Source: Promethearchaeia archaeon
Lineage (GTDB): Archaea; Asgardarchaeota; Lokiarchaeia; Sigyniarchaeales; SOKP01
Reading direction: 5' to 3'
NCBI GenBank assembly: GCA_029856155.1
Contig: JAHQWL010000052.1
Span: 64,001 to 128,000, forward strand
DNA: 64,000 bases
Both the position numbers and the translations under genes were made by a program. This document shows positions 40,159-51,436 of the stretch, piece after piece. The notes under the pieces were generated by a model that had not been told where the DNA came from, ran no database searches, and worked only from the letters and a program-made list of their open reading frames with translations. Each line of letters begins with the position of its first letter. Position 1 is the stretch's first letter.

Positions 40159-40728
40159 TTATATTTGCTTCATAATTTCTTTTAAGATATCAATAATACG
40201 ATTTGCTGCTTTTTGAATTGTATTTGAGAGGTTGAATTCAAAGAACGGAAGATCAATATTTTTATTACGATCCTCAAGTGTAATTTCAGCTTCTTTATAC
40301 AAATTTAGCTCAGAGAAACCTTCTAGACTCTCTGGTACGATCCCAATCATAAAAACTGTTAATTCTGGTAATTTTCCTAATAATAAATCAATGACAATAT
40401 GAATTGGTATAGTATGAGTTGAAATTGGAACATATTCTTTAATATTTTCCCTTTCAATTATAGCTACAGTACCAGGGGGTTTGTTTAAAGTACAAGTGTC
40501 TAAAAGAATTAGATGGGATGCTTGGAAGTCTATAACCTCATCAATTCTACTCATTGGATCAATTCCAGCATTAATAAATAGAAATTTATCATTTGAATAA
40601 TTTAAAAGTTCACTGATGATATATGGCCCAAAACCATCATCATTTAATTTTTCTTCTCCTATACCCATAAATACAACTTTCATAGCATCTTTTAAGTTAA
40701 ATAATAGCTTTTCAAGCATTTCTTTCAT
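40159..40728 (-). CDS. Hydrogenase maturation protease (HycI-like)
   Basis: MGIGEEKLNDDGFGP, LILLD, STHTIP, IGIVP. Confidence 0.82.
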   Translation of the reverse strand: MKEMLEKLLFNLKDAMKVVFMGIGEEKLNDDGFGPYIISELLNYSNDKFLFINAGIDPMSRIDEVIDFQASHLILLDTCTLNKPPGTVAIIERENIKEYVPISTHTIPIHIVIDLLLGKLPELTVFMIGIVPESLEGFSELNLYKEAEITLEDRNKNIDLPFFEFNLSNTIQKAANRIIDILKEIMKQI

Positions 40729-40874
40729 ATTTACATAAATTTTTGATATTTTAAAACACCTATGTAAAAATTAGCAAATTAAAAAACAAGTAATACATTA
40801 ATTAATAATTAATTACATTAAAATTACATTCTCGCTAATGATAATCTCTCCAAAATCAAAAAGGATGATCATAT

Positions 40875-42731
40875 TTGGATACAAAAAATAAAGAAGGCAC
40901 TATTTCTAAAAAAGAATTCCAAGAAATTATAAATAATTTAGATATTGGATATTTTAAAGGTGAATTAAATGGAAAGTTATTAATCCATAATAGTGCCATT
41001 AATAAGATCATTGGCATCGATCCATCACTAGATTTGACTGGATCTTATTCATCACAATTTTCCTCTGATCCCGAAGTTTTAGAGAGGTACCATAATGATT
41101 TAAAGAAAAATAGGCATGTTAAAGATTTTATTATGAAAATAAGGAACCCTAAAGGGCAATTTCTTTATATTCAATTCAATTCACATCTAATTGAAGATGG
41201 TGACCAACTGCTTGTAGAAGGAACTGTAATTGATGTAACAGAAAAATACCTTCTAGAACGTAACTTAATGGATACTGAAAAAAAGTTTAATTTGATTGCT
41301 AATAATACTAACGACTTAATTGCTATCTTAAATCAAGATTTTGAGTATATATTTATCAATGAAAATGCTTATTACTCGGTATTAGGATATAAAAAGGAAG
41401 AGGTGCTTGGAAAAAGACCGAGAGAGTTCAACCATCCCGACGATCTCAAACGTGTTTCTAATGCAATAAAACAAGGTTTATTAGAGGGAATAGTACAAGA
41501 AGAATTCCGTATTAAGCATAAGGATGGACACTATATTTGGGTGGAAACAAAAGGCAAATATTTAATGGAAGACAATAAGCTAAAGGGAGTTATAATGATT
41601 TCAAGAGATATCACTAATCGAAAGAATAGTGAGAAGAAAATACAGGAATCTGAAAGAAAATATCGTTCTTTATTTGAATCCAGTACTGATGGGATTTATT
41701 CAGCAGATATGGAAGGTAATTTTATCGAATTTAACAAAGCCTTTCTTAAAATGCTGGGCTATTCGAAAGAACAACTCTTGAATTTAAATTTACGCCAGAT
41801 AACACCATCAAAATGGTATGAAATCGAAGATAACATGCTTTTTACGCACTTAGCTGTTGGTGAAAGTAAAATCTATGAAAAGGAATATGTGCAAAAGAAT
41901 GGTACGATCCTTCCTGTAAGTGTTAGATTTTGGATTTTACAAGATGAACAAGATGATCCGTATAGAATTTGGGCAATTGTGAGAGATATTACTGAACATA
42001 AACAAATTGAACAAGAACTAATAGAAATTAACAAATTAAAATCTGAGTTTTTAAGAAGAGCTTCTCATGAATTAAAAACGCCACTAGTTTCAATCAAAGG
42101 TTTTTCTGAATTAATACTATCGTCATATTTAGAAGATTTAAATCCTGATATAATTTCAAAATTAGGAGAAATAAATAGTGGGGTTGAACGATTACAAAAT
42201 ATAATTAATGATCTTTTACAAACTTCCAGATTAGAATCAGCAGACTTAAAGCCTAGACTTATTAGAGAAGATTTATCCTTTCTTATTAATTTTTGTGTCG
42301 AAGAACTTCATCCTCTTTCAGCAAAAAGAGAACATTCGATCAATACGGAAATTGAAGATTCTATTATAACAAAATTTGAAAAAGAAGAAATCCATGACGT
42401 AATCTCAAATTTATTGTTGAATGCGATAAAATACACTCCTCAGGGAGGTTGGATAGATGTCAGATCTGAGATAAAAGACGATCTTGTGATTATATCGATA
42501 GAAGATAACGGAATAGGTTTTACGGAAGAAGAAAAAGGTAAGATATTTAAACAATTTGGAAAAGTTGAACGATATGGACAAGGATTAGATTTAGGAATTG
42601 ATGGGACTGGTTTAGGTTTATATATTTCAAAAAGAATTGTAGAATCTCATGGTGGGAAAATTTGGATGGAATCTGAAGGCAAAAATAAAGGAAGCACTTT
42701 TTATTTCTCACTTCCACTTTTAGATGATTAA
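40875..42731 (+). CDS. Cytoplasmic multi-PAS sensor histidine kinase
   Basis: Three PAS repeats (HPDD, RDIT); SHELKTPL H-box; NAIKY, DNGIG, GTGLGL. Confidence 0.92.
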   Translation: MDTKNKEGTISKKEFQEIINNLDIGYFKGELNGKLLIHNSAINKIIGIDPSLDLTGSYSSQFSSDPEVLERYHNDLKKNRHVKDFIMKIRNPKGQFLYIQFNSHLIEDGDQLLVEGTVIDVTEKYLLERNLMDTEKKFNLIANNTNDLIAILNQDFEYIFINENAYYSVLGYKKEEVLGKRPREFNHPDDLKRVSNAIKQGLLEGIVQEEFRIKHKDGHYIWVETKGKYLMEDNKLKGVIMISRDITNRKNSEKKIQESERKYRSLFESSTDGIYSADMEGNFIEFNKAFLKMLGYSKEQLLNLNLRQITPSKWYEIEDNMLFTHLAVGESKIYEKEYVQKNGTILPVSVRFWILQDEQDDPYRIWAIVRDITEHKQIEQELIEINKLKSEFLRRASHELKTPLVSIKGFSELILSSYLEDLNPDIISKLGEINSGVERLQNIINDLLQTSRLESADLKPRLIREDLSFLINFCVEELHPLSAKREHSINTEIEDSIITKFEKEEIHDVISNLLLNAIKYTPQGGWIDVRSEIKDDLVIISIEDNGIGFTEEEKGKIFKQFGKVERYGQGLDLGIDGTGLGLYISKRIVESHGGKIWMESEGKNKGSTFYFSLPLLDD

Positions 42732-42866
42732 TTTTAGAATTTCTTACTTTAAGAACTAAAGGTGAATTTATCTTGAATTTTCGATATTTTAATTGTCTAA
42801 AATTTAAAATAGAGAAAAAGGCATGGAAAAATTCATTAATTATAATAAATTCATAATTAATGTTTT

Positions 42867-43475
42867 ATGACAGAAGATTTACCCGAGAAAATTCAATTAG
42901 AGGGAATAATTGAAGAAGATAAAGTTATAATTACTGATAAAAAGGGAATTGAAGAATTCCATAACATTTCATATATAGGAACTATTGAAAAAGATAATAA
43001 TGGGCAAGAGATTTTAACACTTAGTCCTATTGAGGTATTACTCTTATCTGAAAGGAATAGAATATTATTATGGGAAAGTAATGATAAGAATAAGTTGTTG
43101 TATGACTTTGAAAATATAATAACTTATTTTACTCAATTTGATGATAGATTATGGCATAAATATATAATCTACAGCGATTTAAGAAAAAGGGGATATATTG
43201 TCCGTACAGGTTATGGTGATGGAATCGATTTTCGAGTATATAAGAGAGGAGCTGATTTTGAAAAAGATTCTGCAAAGTTCCTAATATTTCCAGTATTTGA
43301 AGGAAATCCAATTGAATTGAGAGATCTGGATAAGATGTCCAGAGTTGCTATGAGCTCTCGGAAAGATCTGATAGTTGCCACCGTGGATAGGTTAAGTAAA
43401 CCCATTTACTACAGCGTCAAAAAGTTCCAAATTTTAAATAAGGAAGACAATAACAATATAAATAATGCCAGATAG
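42867..43475 (+). CDS. endA: tRNA-intron endonuclease subunit (catalytic His absent; likely structural subunit)
   Basis: YSDLRKRGY, GIDFRVY, RVAMSSRKDLIVATVD. Confidence 0.82.
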   Translation: MTEDLPEKIQLEGIIEEDKVIITDKKGIEEFHNISYIGTIEKDNNGQEILTLSPIEVLLLSERNRILLWESNDKNKLLYDFENIITYFTQFDDRLWHKYIIYSDLRKRGYIVRTGYGDGIDFRVYKRGADFEKDSAKFLIFPVFEGNPIELRDLDKMSRVAMSSRKDLIVATVDRLSKPIYYSVKKFQILNKEDNNNINNAR

Positions 43476-45105
43476 ATTTGTTTGTGACACATCAATAATT
43501 TTGAATGGTCAAATTCTTACCCTAATTGAAGATGGTGAGTTGGGGGAAAAACCAGAAATTTTTATATCAAATATTGTTGTTGCGGAAGTTGAATATAGGA
43601 CCAATGTTCATAAAGAAATTGGCTTTTTCGGCTTAAGAGTTCTAAAGGAATTAAGAACTCTTCATGATAAAGGCGAAATTATATTACATATTGTAGGTAA
43701 ACGCCCTTCTAGAGAAGAAATTAAAATGGCTCCAGGGGGGGAATTGGATGCATTGATTAGAGAATATGCAAAAGAGAATAATGCTATTTTAATAACCGCA
43801 GATAGAATACAAGGAGATGTCGGAGAATTTGAAGGATTAGAAGTCCTTTTTGCTTGGGAAAAAAAATCAAAGGAAGAACTCTTACCTATATCTTTAAAGA
43901 TATTAGAATATTTTGATGAGGAAACTATGAGTGTCCATCTCAAACAAAATATACCTCCTTATGCTAAAAAAGGTTCTCCCGGGAGTTGGCGATTACAAAA
44001 AATCAGCGATGCACCAATATCAAATAAGTTGATAGAGGATATTGCAATGGAGATTGCTGAAGTGACTAGAGAAGATCAACATTCATTTATTGAGATTGAA
44101 AAGGAAGGCGCTGTGGTGGCGCAAATGAGGGAATTTAGAATAGTTATTACCCGCCCTCCTTTCTCGAAGGATGTTGAAATTACTGCAGTACGACCTCTTG
44201 TAAGTTTACAATTATCTGATTATTCAATTGATAGTAGATTACAAAAAAGATTGCATAAAGCGGAAGGAATACTTGTATCAGGTCCACCAGGAGCGGGAAA
44301 ATCAACTTTTTCGGCAGCATTAGCAAATTACTATTTAAAACAAGAGAAAGTAGTAAAAACGTTAGAAAGTGTTAGAGACTTACAAGTGGAGCCGGAAATA
44401 ACTCAATATACTAAACTAGAAGGCAACCTTGAGAATTCTGCAGATATTCTTTTACTTGTAAGACCCGATTTTACTATATTTGATGAAGTTAGAACAACAA
44501 AAGATTTCCAAATTTATTCCGACTTTCGCTTATCAGGAGTAGGGATGGTTGGTGTAGTTCATTCATCTTCAGCAATAGATGCGGTTCAAAGATTTATTGG
44601 TCGAATAGAGCTTGGCATGCTTCCATCAATTATAGATACAATAATTTTCATTGAAGGTGGAGATATTTCAACAGTTTTTGTATTAAAAATGACTGTCAAA
44701 GTACCTTATGGTTTCAGAGATAAAGATTTAGCTAGACCTGTAGTAGAAGTAAGAAATTTTAAAAACGATCGCTTAGAATTTGAGATTTATAATTTTGGAA
44801 ATGATGTGGTTGTAAATCCCATAAAAGAGAAATATACTTCAAGAGAAAGAGGAATTCCCTCAAGTCGAATGAAAAAAGATAAAAGAATCGATTTGGATAT
44901 CGATGTTAAAAAACAAAAAATAATACTTAGAGCTAATCCTGAATATGCAAGCCAAAATATCGAAATTTATGCTAACAATCAACAGATTTTTACAGGCTCT
45001 TTAAGCCGTAATAGTGATATATCTCTTTCATTATCAAACAAAGAGGGAAAAAAAATATTTAAAGAATTAAATAATGGGAAAGAAATTTATGCTAAAATAA
45101 AATAG
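43465..45105 (+). CDS. PINA: PIN domain + PilT/VirB11-type ATPase
   Basis: CDTSIILNG PIN start; GPPGAGKST; RPDFTIFDEVR; GMVGVVH. Confidence 0.9.
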   Translation: MPDRFVCDTSIILNGQILTLIEDGELGEKPEIFISNIVVAEVEYRTNVHKEIGFFGLRVLKELRTLHDKGEIILHIVGKRPSREEIKMAPGGELDALIREYAKENNAILITADRIQGDVGEFEGLEVLFAWEKKSKEELLPISLKILEYFDEETMSVHLKQNIPPYAKKGSPGSWRLQKISDAPISNKLIEDIAMEIAEVTREDQHSFIEIEKEGAVVAQMREFRIVITRPPFSKDVEITAVRPLVSLQLSDYSIDSRLQKRLHKAEGILVSGPPGAGKSTFSAALANYYLKQEKVVKTLESVRDLQVEPEITQYTKLEGNLENSADILLLVRPDFTIFDEVRTTKDFQIYSDFRLSGVGMVGVVHSSSAIDAVQRFIGRIELGMLPSIIDTIIFIEGGDISTVFVLKMTVKVPYGFRDKDLARPVVEVRNFKNDRLEFEIYNFGNDVVVNPIKEKYTSRERGIPSSRMKKDKRIDLDIDVKKQKIILRANPEYASQNIEIYANNQQIFTGSLSRNSDISLSLSNKEGKKIFKELNNGKEIYAKIK

Positions 45106-45121
45106 TTCTATTTTAATGAAA

Positions 45122-45955
45122 TTAGGATTCAATCATACCTGACTTCTTCAATAATATTAACCCATCTAAAGTCCATATTGGTCTCCACCAAGGTAAATCC
45201 TGATAGATTATTTTTAGACCACCATCGTCTTTAAGACCATTAAAAAAATTATCTGCTTCATTTTCTACCACTTCTTTATCCACATTATAGAGAGCATGAT
45301 ACCAATGTCGACCAAATAATGGATAATGTTCTTTATTTTTTTTTAAAATACTCGGTATTTGGTCGATAATATGTTGTAACATCTTTTTTTCCTCTTTGTT
45401 TTCTCCTAAATATTTCAAATACATAAAATAAGGATAATCATAAATTTGGATTTCCTCAGGAATTTGAGTTTTTGCATAAAAGGTTCTTACTATAGAAAAG
45501 AAGTTTTTATCTTCAAACCCAAATTTCTTTAAAAACGCTGCAGCAGCAAAAATTCTTATATGATCAGAGTTTTTCCACCAAGGTTGATAGGGATAATCTT
45601 CAAGGTTTTCTGGGGGGTGATCTATATACCCTTCACTGTTTTGTGAATTAACAACCCATTTAGCTATGTTAGGAACAATATCATTATTAGAAATTTCTAA
45701 TATATCTAAAATATAAAGAGCAGTTTCAGCACCTATTGCAGTACTAGCTGGACATAGCAGATCTGGTTCAATACCATTACCAAATCCACCATCAGAATTT
45801 TGATATGCAACTAATGCTTTAATTACATTCTCTTTCTTATCATTTTCAAAGAAGTATGAAAATAATTTTCTTTCAAGAAGTCTTCCATTTTTAAAAATAA
45901 ACTCTTTTATCTTTTTAATCTGATTTTCATCAAAAGTTCTCATTAAAAATACCAA
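45122..45955 (-). CDS. Prenyltransferase/squalene-cyclase-like repeat protein
   Basis: GRLLER, YQNSDGGFGNGIEPD, SQNSEG. Confidence 0.65.
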   Translation of the reverse strand: MVFLMRTFDENQIKKIKEFIFKNGRLLERKLFSYFFENDKKENVIKALVAYQNSDGGFGNGIEPDLLCPASTAIGAETALYILDILEISNNDIVPNIAKWVVNSQNSEGYIDHPPENLEDYPYQPWWKNSDHIRIFAAAAFLKKFGFEDKNFFSIVRTFYAKTQIPEEIQIYDYPYFMYLKYLGENKEEKKMLQHIIDQIPSILKKNKEHYPLFGRHWYHALYNVDKEVVENEADNFFNGLKDDGGLKIIYQDLPWWRPIWTLDGLILLKKSGMIES

Positions 45956-45994
45956 ATCATATAAATAAAAAATTTAAAACAGACTAATTAATTT

Positions 45995-46759
45995 TTAATT
46001 TTTATTTACAATTTGTTTTACCTTTTCCATTATTGGAGGAAGAACATCCTCAATTAAATTATCAAATCTAATATCTGCTACATCATCATAGGGTGTATCA
46101 CCCTTATTTAAAAGGATTAATTTAGCACCATATTCTTTCGCATAGCCCGGCATATTTGCTGCGGGTGTAACTACTAATGATGATCCAATAACAAAAAATA
46201 CATCGGAATTTTGAGAGCGTTGTATAGATTCTTCAAGTTCATCATAGGGTAATGGATCACCGAAATTTACAATACTTGAAATTATTCTTCCCTCACAGAA
46301 AGGACATGTTGGCTGACCTTCTCGAACTGGATGTGTTCTATATCCTGAACCCCATATATTTTTGTCCCAACCCGCTTCTTCGAATAACATTTTTTTATTA
46401 CATGATAAACATTTCATGAAATATAAATTTCCGTGAAGTTCACTAAGCATATCAAAGGGAATTCCAGATTTAGCATGTAATCCATCTACGTTTTGGGAAA
46501 TTAAATAGTTTAACTTTTCCATTTCCATCAACTCCACAATTGCGTAATGATTAGGATTAGGTTTCACTTGATCCCAAGGAGGGCTCTTTGGAGGAGAAAG
46601 TCCTTTATCCCGTCTAGTCCAAACGCCATCTGGGCCTCTATAATCAGGTAATCCGCTCCCAGTAGAAATTCCCGCACCAGTAAAAATTACTAATCGTTCT
46701 GATTCAGCTATCCATTTAGCAGCTAAATCAATTTTTTCTTCAAAATCCATAAAAAACAT
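45995..46759 (-). CDS. Sir2 family NAD-dependent deacylase
   Basis: TGAGIST.SGLPDYRGPDGVWT, SQNVDGLH, ELHGN, two CxxC, GSSLVVTPAA. Confidence 0.93.
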   Translation of the reverse strand: MFFMDFEEKIDLAAKWIAESERLVIFTGAGISTGSGLPDYRGPDGVWTRRDKGLSPPKSPPWDQVKPNPNHYAIVELMEMEKLNYLISQNVDGLHAKSGIPFDMLSELHGNLYFMKCLSCNKKMLFEEAGWDKNIWGSGYRTHPVREGQPTCPFCEGRIISSIVNFGDPLPYDELEESIQRSQNSDVFFVIGSSLVVTPAANMPGYAKEYGAKLILLNKGDTPYDDVADIRFDNLIEDVLPPIMEKVKQIVNKN

Positions 46760-46794
46760 AAAAATTATAGACTTTAAAAAGATTTTTGTAATAC

Positions 46795-48054
46795 TTATTT
46801 AATATCGCTTAAATTCACACCTTTAGTTTCCTTTAAAAATACTAGAACTAAGAAAAAGACACCAATGAATAATAAACTAAAGATGAAAAAAGATAGTGCT
46901 AATCCTTGAGTGAATGTAATTATGCTACTTAATATAAGTCCGACTGTTATACCAACTGAACTTGTTAATGTTTTTAATCCCACTCCAGTCCCTCTTGATT
47001 GAGTAGGTATAATTTCTAATGCCATGATACTAATTAAAATACGAAGTCCCCAATATGATAAATTTGCTAATCCTGCTCCAATCATAACCATTGTTAAAGC
47101 ACCTTCTGAAAAATTGACTCCAAGAACAATAATAAATATGGAGATAGGAAATAGAATAGAATAGAGATAGCATAAAGGTCTTCTTCCAATTCTATCAGCA
47201 GTTACTCCAGTAATAAAATATCCTATTATAGATGAAATTCCCATCACCCAGACAACTGTATCAACATCTTCCTTAGTAAAATTATCTGATAAAAAATCCT
47301 CTCCCACTAAAATGAAGAGATTATTCAGACCTATTATCAAACTTATAATAAGAATTACGATAAATTCCTTTCTTCTAGAAGATTTAAAGATTTTCTTTAT
47401 ATTTTCTTTAAACATTTTTGGTTTTTGTGTTAATAAGGAAATATCTTCCTTTATTTCTAGATATTTTGAAGTTTCTTTAAAAGTAAAGAAGATGATTATG
47501 CTTAATGGAATCCCTAATAATATTGCGAAATACGTCATACCTCTCCAATTTATAATAATATCATGAAATGCAGGTATTAATAAAGCCCCCACAACTCCTC
47601 CAATCAGAACTAAGTTAGTATAAAAAGCTCTTTTATCAGAAGGGCTCTCTTCATTAATATATATTACCCATATATCTGAATTGAAGAAAAAATACAATAA
47701 AAACAAAAAACCAGTATACATTATTATATTAGTCGAGAAATTAATTAGTAAGGAAGCTATTCCCATTCCAAAAACCGTGAAAGCTAAGAGGTACTTTCTG
47801 CCTACCCTATCAGCTAGATATTGATTTAGAAATACAAAATACATACCCAAAGTTCCTATAGCTACAAAAATTTGAAAAAGTGAGATTGCTGCATTCGAGG
47901 ATAAATCTGGAAAAAATTCTGCTGAAATATCGGAAACTACAACATTTAGATTATTTGTTGTATACGTATCAAGTATTTCAACAAATATTAAGATAAAAAT
48001 CATATATTTAAAATAGGAGAAAAACTGTCTGCTTCCTTTTTTATTATCACTCAT
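46795..48054 (-). CDS. MFS transporter
   Basis: LADRVGRK, ADRIGRRP, KETKG. Confidence 0.88.
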   Translation of the reverse strand: MSDNKKGSRQFFSYFKYMIFILIFVEILDTYTTNNLNVVVSDISAEFFPDLSSNAAISLFQIFVAIGTLGMYFVFLNQYLADRVGRKYLLAFTVFGMGIASLLINFSTNIIMYTGFLFLLYFFFNSDIWVIYINEESPSDKRAFYTNLVLIGGVVGALLIPAFHDIIINWRGMTYFAILLGIPLSIIIFFTFKETSKYLEIKEDISLLTQKPKMFKENIKKIFKSSRRKEFIVILIISLIIGLNNLFILVGEDFLSDNFTKEDVDTVVWVMGISSIIGYFITGVTADRIGRRPLCYLYSILFPISIFIIVLGVNFSEGALTMVMIGAGLANLSYWGLRILISIMALEIIPTQSRGTGVGLKTLTSSVGITVGLILSSIITFTQGLALSFFIFSLLFIGVFFLVLVFLKETKGVNLSDIK

Positions 48055-48258
48055 GTTAATATTTTTCTACTGTAAAATATTAAAATCTTTTTCTTTTGAT
48101 ACTAAAAAAAAGAGTATTTTATATAGATTTTTTTAAAGGATTGATCGATAGAGATTGTATTTAAATAAATTGAGCAGTTAATATAACGCCTTATAAATTT
48201 TTGTTTTAATTAAAGTTTAAATAAAACTTATTTGATATTTTAATTGGTATAACAGAGG

Positions 48259-48663
48259 TTGAGGATTATTTTATCATATACTATTAATTTTGATATGGAA
48301 GCTTTAAAGCATACTGAAGAAGATTATGAAAATATTGAATGTACGGTATATCAATCCAAATTTATTGATGAAATATCCACATTTTTATATCTTATTATAA
48401 AAATTCCTAAATCTGCTATTAGAGGTATCGTTTGGAATGCATTAAGAGATTGGCAATTAAAGAATAATAAAACTATAGCTAAAATAGCAGAAATGCCAAT
48501 TGGGATAAGATTAAATGCCGTTAAGGAGATATTTTACTTTGGGAGAACTATTTTAAAAAGAATGTTAAATGATCCCAAAGCTAAAAGTGAGATTATTATT
48601 GACATCGCATTTGAAAAAGCGTTTAAATATTACCTTAATTACTTAAATAAAAGTTGTTCTTAA
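48259..48663 (+). CDS. Hypothetical protein
   Basis: ORF only (start TTG 48259 or ATG 48295). Confidence 0.55.
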   Translation: MRIILSYTINFDMEALKHTEEDYENIECTVYQSKFIDEISTFLYLIIKIPKSAIRGIVWNALRDWQLKNNKTIAKIAEMPIGIRLNAVKEIFYFGRTILKRMLNDPKAKSEIIIDIAFEKAFKYYLNYLNKSCS

Positions 48664-48697
48664 ACACTTACAGGCAAAAAATAAATAATAGATAACT

Positions 48698-49444
48698 TTA
48701 ATTTGAAAAGTAGCTTTTTTTACTGTTTTTTATATCTAATAAATTTATTAGAATTTCGAAATTTCTTTCAAGGTTATAATACTTTATCATCTCAAAAGGT
48801 TCATCAATATTATTCAGAGTTCTTAGGTCGTGAGAATCACATCCAATTGCAACAAGAATTTCATATTCCCTTAATTTTTCAAAAAATCGTTCATATTTAG
48901 GAGAATAAAACGAAGGATAATGTGAGTTAAATTCAAAATAGATATTATGCTTTTTGAGAAATAACATTAATGTATCAAGGTTTCCCATAATGAAATAAGA
49001 AGGATCGAAATGTGCTAACCCTAAAATTGGAGATTTATCTAAATAGGTTAATTTCCAATAATAAATTAAATTTTCAATAAAAGCAATTGACTCCGGACTT
49101 TGAAGATATTCAAATAGAATCAGATCAAATTCATCTGCCTGGAGATAAGTTTTTATAAATTGCTCAGAGCTAGCAAGATCTACTTCAATTCCTTTTAGAA
49201 GAGTTAATTGATCATTATGTTCCGATAAATATTCCTGAATATTTGAAATTTCTTCTAAATATGTCGCAATAATTTCAGAGTTCTTCAAAGTAGATACCCA
49301 CGCTTTCCAAGAGTTAGTAAAATGATCAGTTATAGCAATGTAATCTAATTCTAGTTCAAGCGCTTTTTCTACAATTTGTGTTATTGTTTGTTTTCCATCA
49401 GAATAATTTGAATGAATGTGTAGATTTATTTTTGGAAACGGCAT
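48698..49444 (-). CDS. PHP-domain phosphoesterase
   Basis: NLHIHSNYSDG, ITDH, GIE, LAH, GCDSH. Confidence 0.88.
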   Translation of the reverse strand: MPFPKINLHIHSNYSDGKQTITQIVEKALELELDYIAITDHFTNSWKAWVSTLKNSEIIATYLEEISNIQEYLSEHNDQLTLLKGIEVDLASSEQFIKTYLQADEFDLILFEYLQSPESIAFIENLIYYWKLTYLDKSPILGLAHFDPSYFIMGNLDTLMLFLKKHNIYFEFNSHYPSFYSPKYERFFEKLREYEILVAIGCDSHDLRTLNNIDEPFEMIKYYNLERNFEILINLLDIKNSKKSYFSN

Positions 49445-49489
49445 TTTCTAAATTGATATCTTTTATAATAAAAGGAACAATAAAATCTT

Positions 49490-51373
49490 TTAAATACCTA
49501 AGTTTTTTGTTTCCTTATTTATATATAAACTAAAAGGGCCACTAAACAATAAAATTATGCCAAGAAATATCAAAAAAACTAGAAATAAATATTCTCCTGT
49601 TGCAGTAGTACCAAAACTAATACTCTCTATTGAAATTATCTCAAATGTAAATAATGAGATTAATGCAAAAATGAAAATTGCAGAAATTATTTGGAGTGCG
49701 CCTATAATTATATTCGCATAATAAATAGATTTTGCCTTAGTTTTCTTTAGCTCAATGATTCGTCCAATTCCAATATCTATAGCTACTTCATCTTTATTAA
49801 TCCTTTTTATAAAAAAATATACTAATTCTTTTAGTGGAATCACATCAAAGAAAATAGTCCCAATGATGAATACACATATAATTATCAAAATTCGTAATAA
49901 AATAAATGTAAAAATAGAAGGGATTCCAGGTATTGGTGAGGTCAGAACACACAAATTGTTTAATACCCAGATGAATAGTCCAACTAAAATTAGAGCAAAA
50001 GATTTTAATCCAGCGAGTGTTAATATAAGGGAATGACGGTCTGCAATTGTGAGTAAATAGTATGCTACTCCAATACTTAAAATAATTAAACCTGAGAAGA
50101 TAGCTCTCGGTTCTAAGAATAAAGCAAGGATAATACAGATTGACATAACCATGTATGGTAAATAAGGATAAAATGGCGCTTTAAAAGGTCTATCAAGTTC
50201 CTTTCTCTTACGTCGTAGATTAACTGCTGCAAAGTTTATAAATGCTAATCCTATGAAATAAATAAATGTAGTAATGTTTGCAGTAAATCCAATATTAGCA
50301 AACATTAAAGCTAATATAGTAAATGAAATTGTAATTAAAGTTGTGAGGATTAAAATATAAGTTTGTACATTTGTTTTTTTATTTACTTTTAAAAATTTCT
50401 GCGATACATAATGATCTCTAGCAAGAGCATTAAAGATTGCTGTCGCAGAACCTAAAGCCGCATTCATTGCAATAAACGTTGAAATTATAGCGGCAAAACC
50501 CATTAGTATATATCCCGGAAAACTCATTATATCACCTAATATTAATGCTAATAAAATAGAGGATTCACCTAACTTTGATTGTTGAATTCCAAGATTAATA
50601 AGTACAGTAAAAGTGGTTAGTAGATATACACTTAAAGTTATCGTAATTGCTAGAATATTAACTTTAGGAATATTTCTTGAGGGATTTTTTAAATCTGCAT
50701 TTAAGAAGGCCAAATTGGAGGTAATGGTTGTAAAAAAAATGAAAGTAGATGCAAAAACAAAAATAATCTTAAAGAAATCTAAATCTGAGTTTAAAAAACT
50801 TGGATTATAACTTGGTAAATTAGTATTTGGCGCAATAATTAAACCTACAAAAATAAATATACCAAATATTATCAATTGAAATATTGTCAAAGTAATTAAG
50901 GTTCTTAGTGCTATTTTATGGGTTCTGAATACTGCAATTGCAATGAACAATATTGATATAACTGCAATTAAAAGAATAAAGGGCGTATAAAATGGTAAAT
51001 TAAAAAACTCTTGAATAACAATTGCCAAAGCTTGGGCTGAGAATGAAAAGGATGCTATATTAGCAATCCATAAAAAAAAGCCAATTATAAAAGCAAGAAA
51101 TCCTCCTAATGCTTCTTTACTGAAATTATAAGCACCACCAGAAATCGGCAAACTAGTTGATAGTTCACTATAATTTAAAGCAGTGAAAAATATCAAAATT
51201 CCTCCAAGAGATAGACTAATTAGTACGCCTACGCCTGAACCAGCATCACTTATTGCTGATCCTAATAAGATAAATATTGACCCTCCAATTCCACAACCAA
51301 TTCCATATAAAACACCTACCCATAATCCTACTGTTCGTGCAGGATGAATTTGTTTTTGCTCTTTTTCGGTCAA
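49490..51373 (-). CDS. APC family amino acid permease with extra C-terminal TMs
   Basis: GIGGSIF, YSELS...P.SGGAY, LKNPSRNIP, RPFKAPFYP. Confidence 0.88.
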   Translation of the reverse strand: MTEKEQKQIHPARTVGLWVGVLYGIGCGIGGSIFILLGSAISDAGSGVGVLISLSLGGILIFFTALNYSELSTSLPISGGAYNFSKEALGGFLAFIIGFFLWIANIASFSFSAQALAIVIQEFFNLPFYTPFILLIAVISILFIAIAVFRTHKIALRTLITLTIFQLIIFGIFIFVGLIIAPNTNLPSYNPSFLNSDLDFFKIIFVFASTFIFFTTITSNLAFLNADLKNPSRNIPKVNILAITITLSVYLLTTFTVLINLGIQQSKLGESSILLALILGDIMSFPGYILMGFAAIISTFIAMNAALGSATAIFNALARDHYVSQKFLKVNKKTNVQTYILILTTLITISFTILALMFANIGFTANITTFIYFIGLAFINFAAVNLRRKRKELDRPFKAPFYPYLPYMVMSICIILALFLEPRAIFSGLIILSIGVAYYLLTIADRHSLILTLAGLKSFALILVGLFIWVLNNLCVLTSPIPGIPSIFTFILLRILIIICVFIIGTIFFDVIPLKELVYFFIKRINKDEVAIDIGIGRIIELKKTKAKSIYYANIIIGALQIISAIFIFALISLFTFEIISIESISFGTTATGEYLFLVFLIFLGIILLFSGPFSLYINKETKNLGI

Positions 51374-51436
51374 ATTTATCGCATTTAATTAATTTACAGC
51401 TAAAAAATTAATATTTTATTGAAAGAATTAAACATA

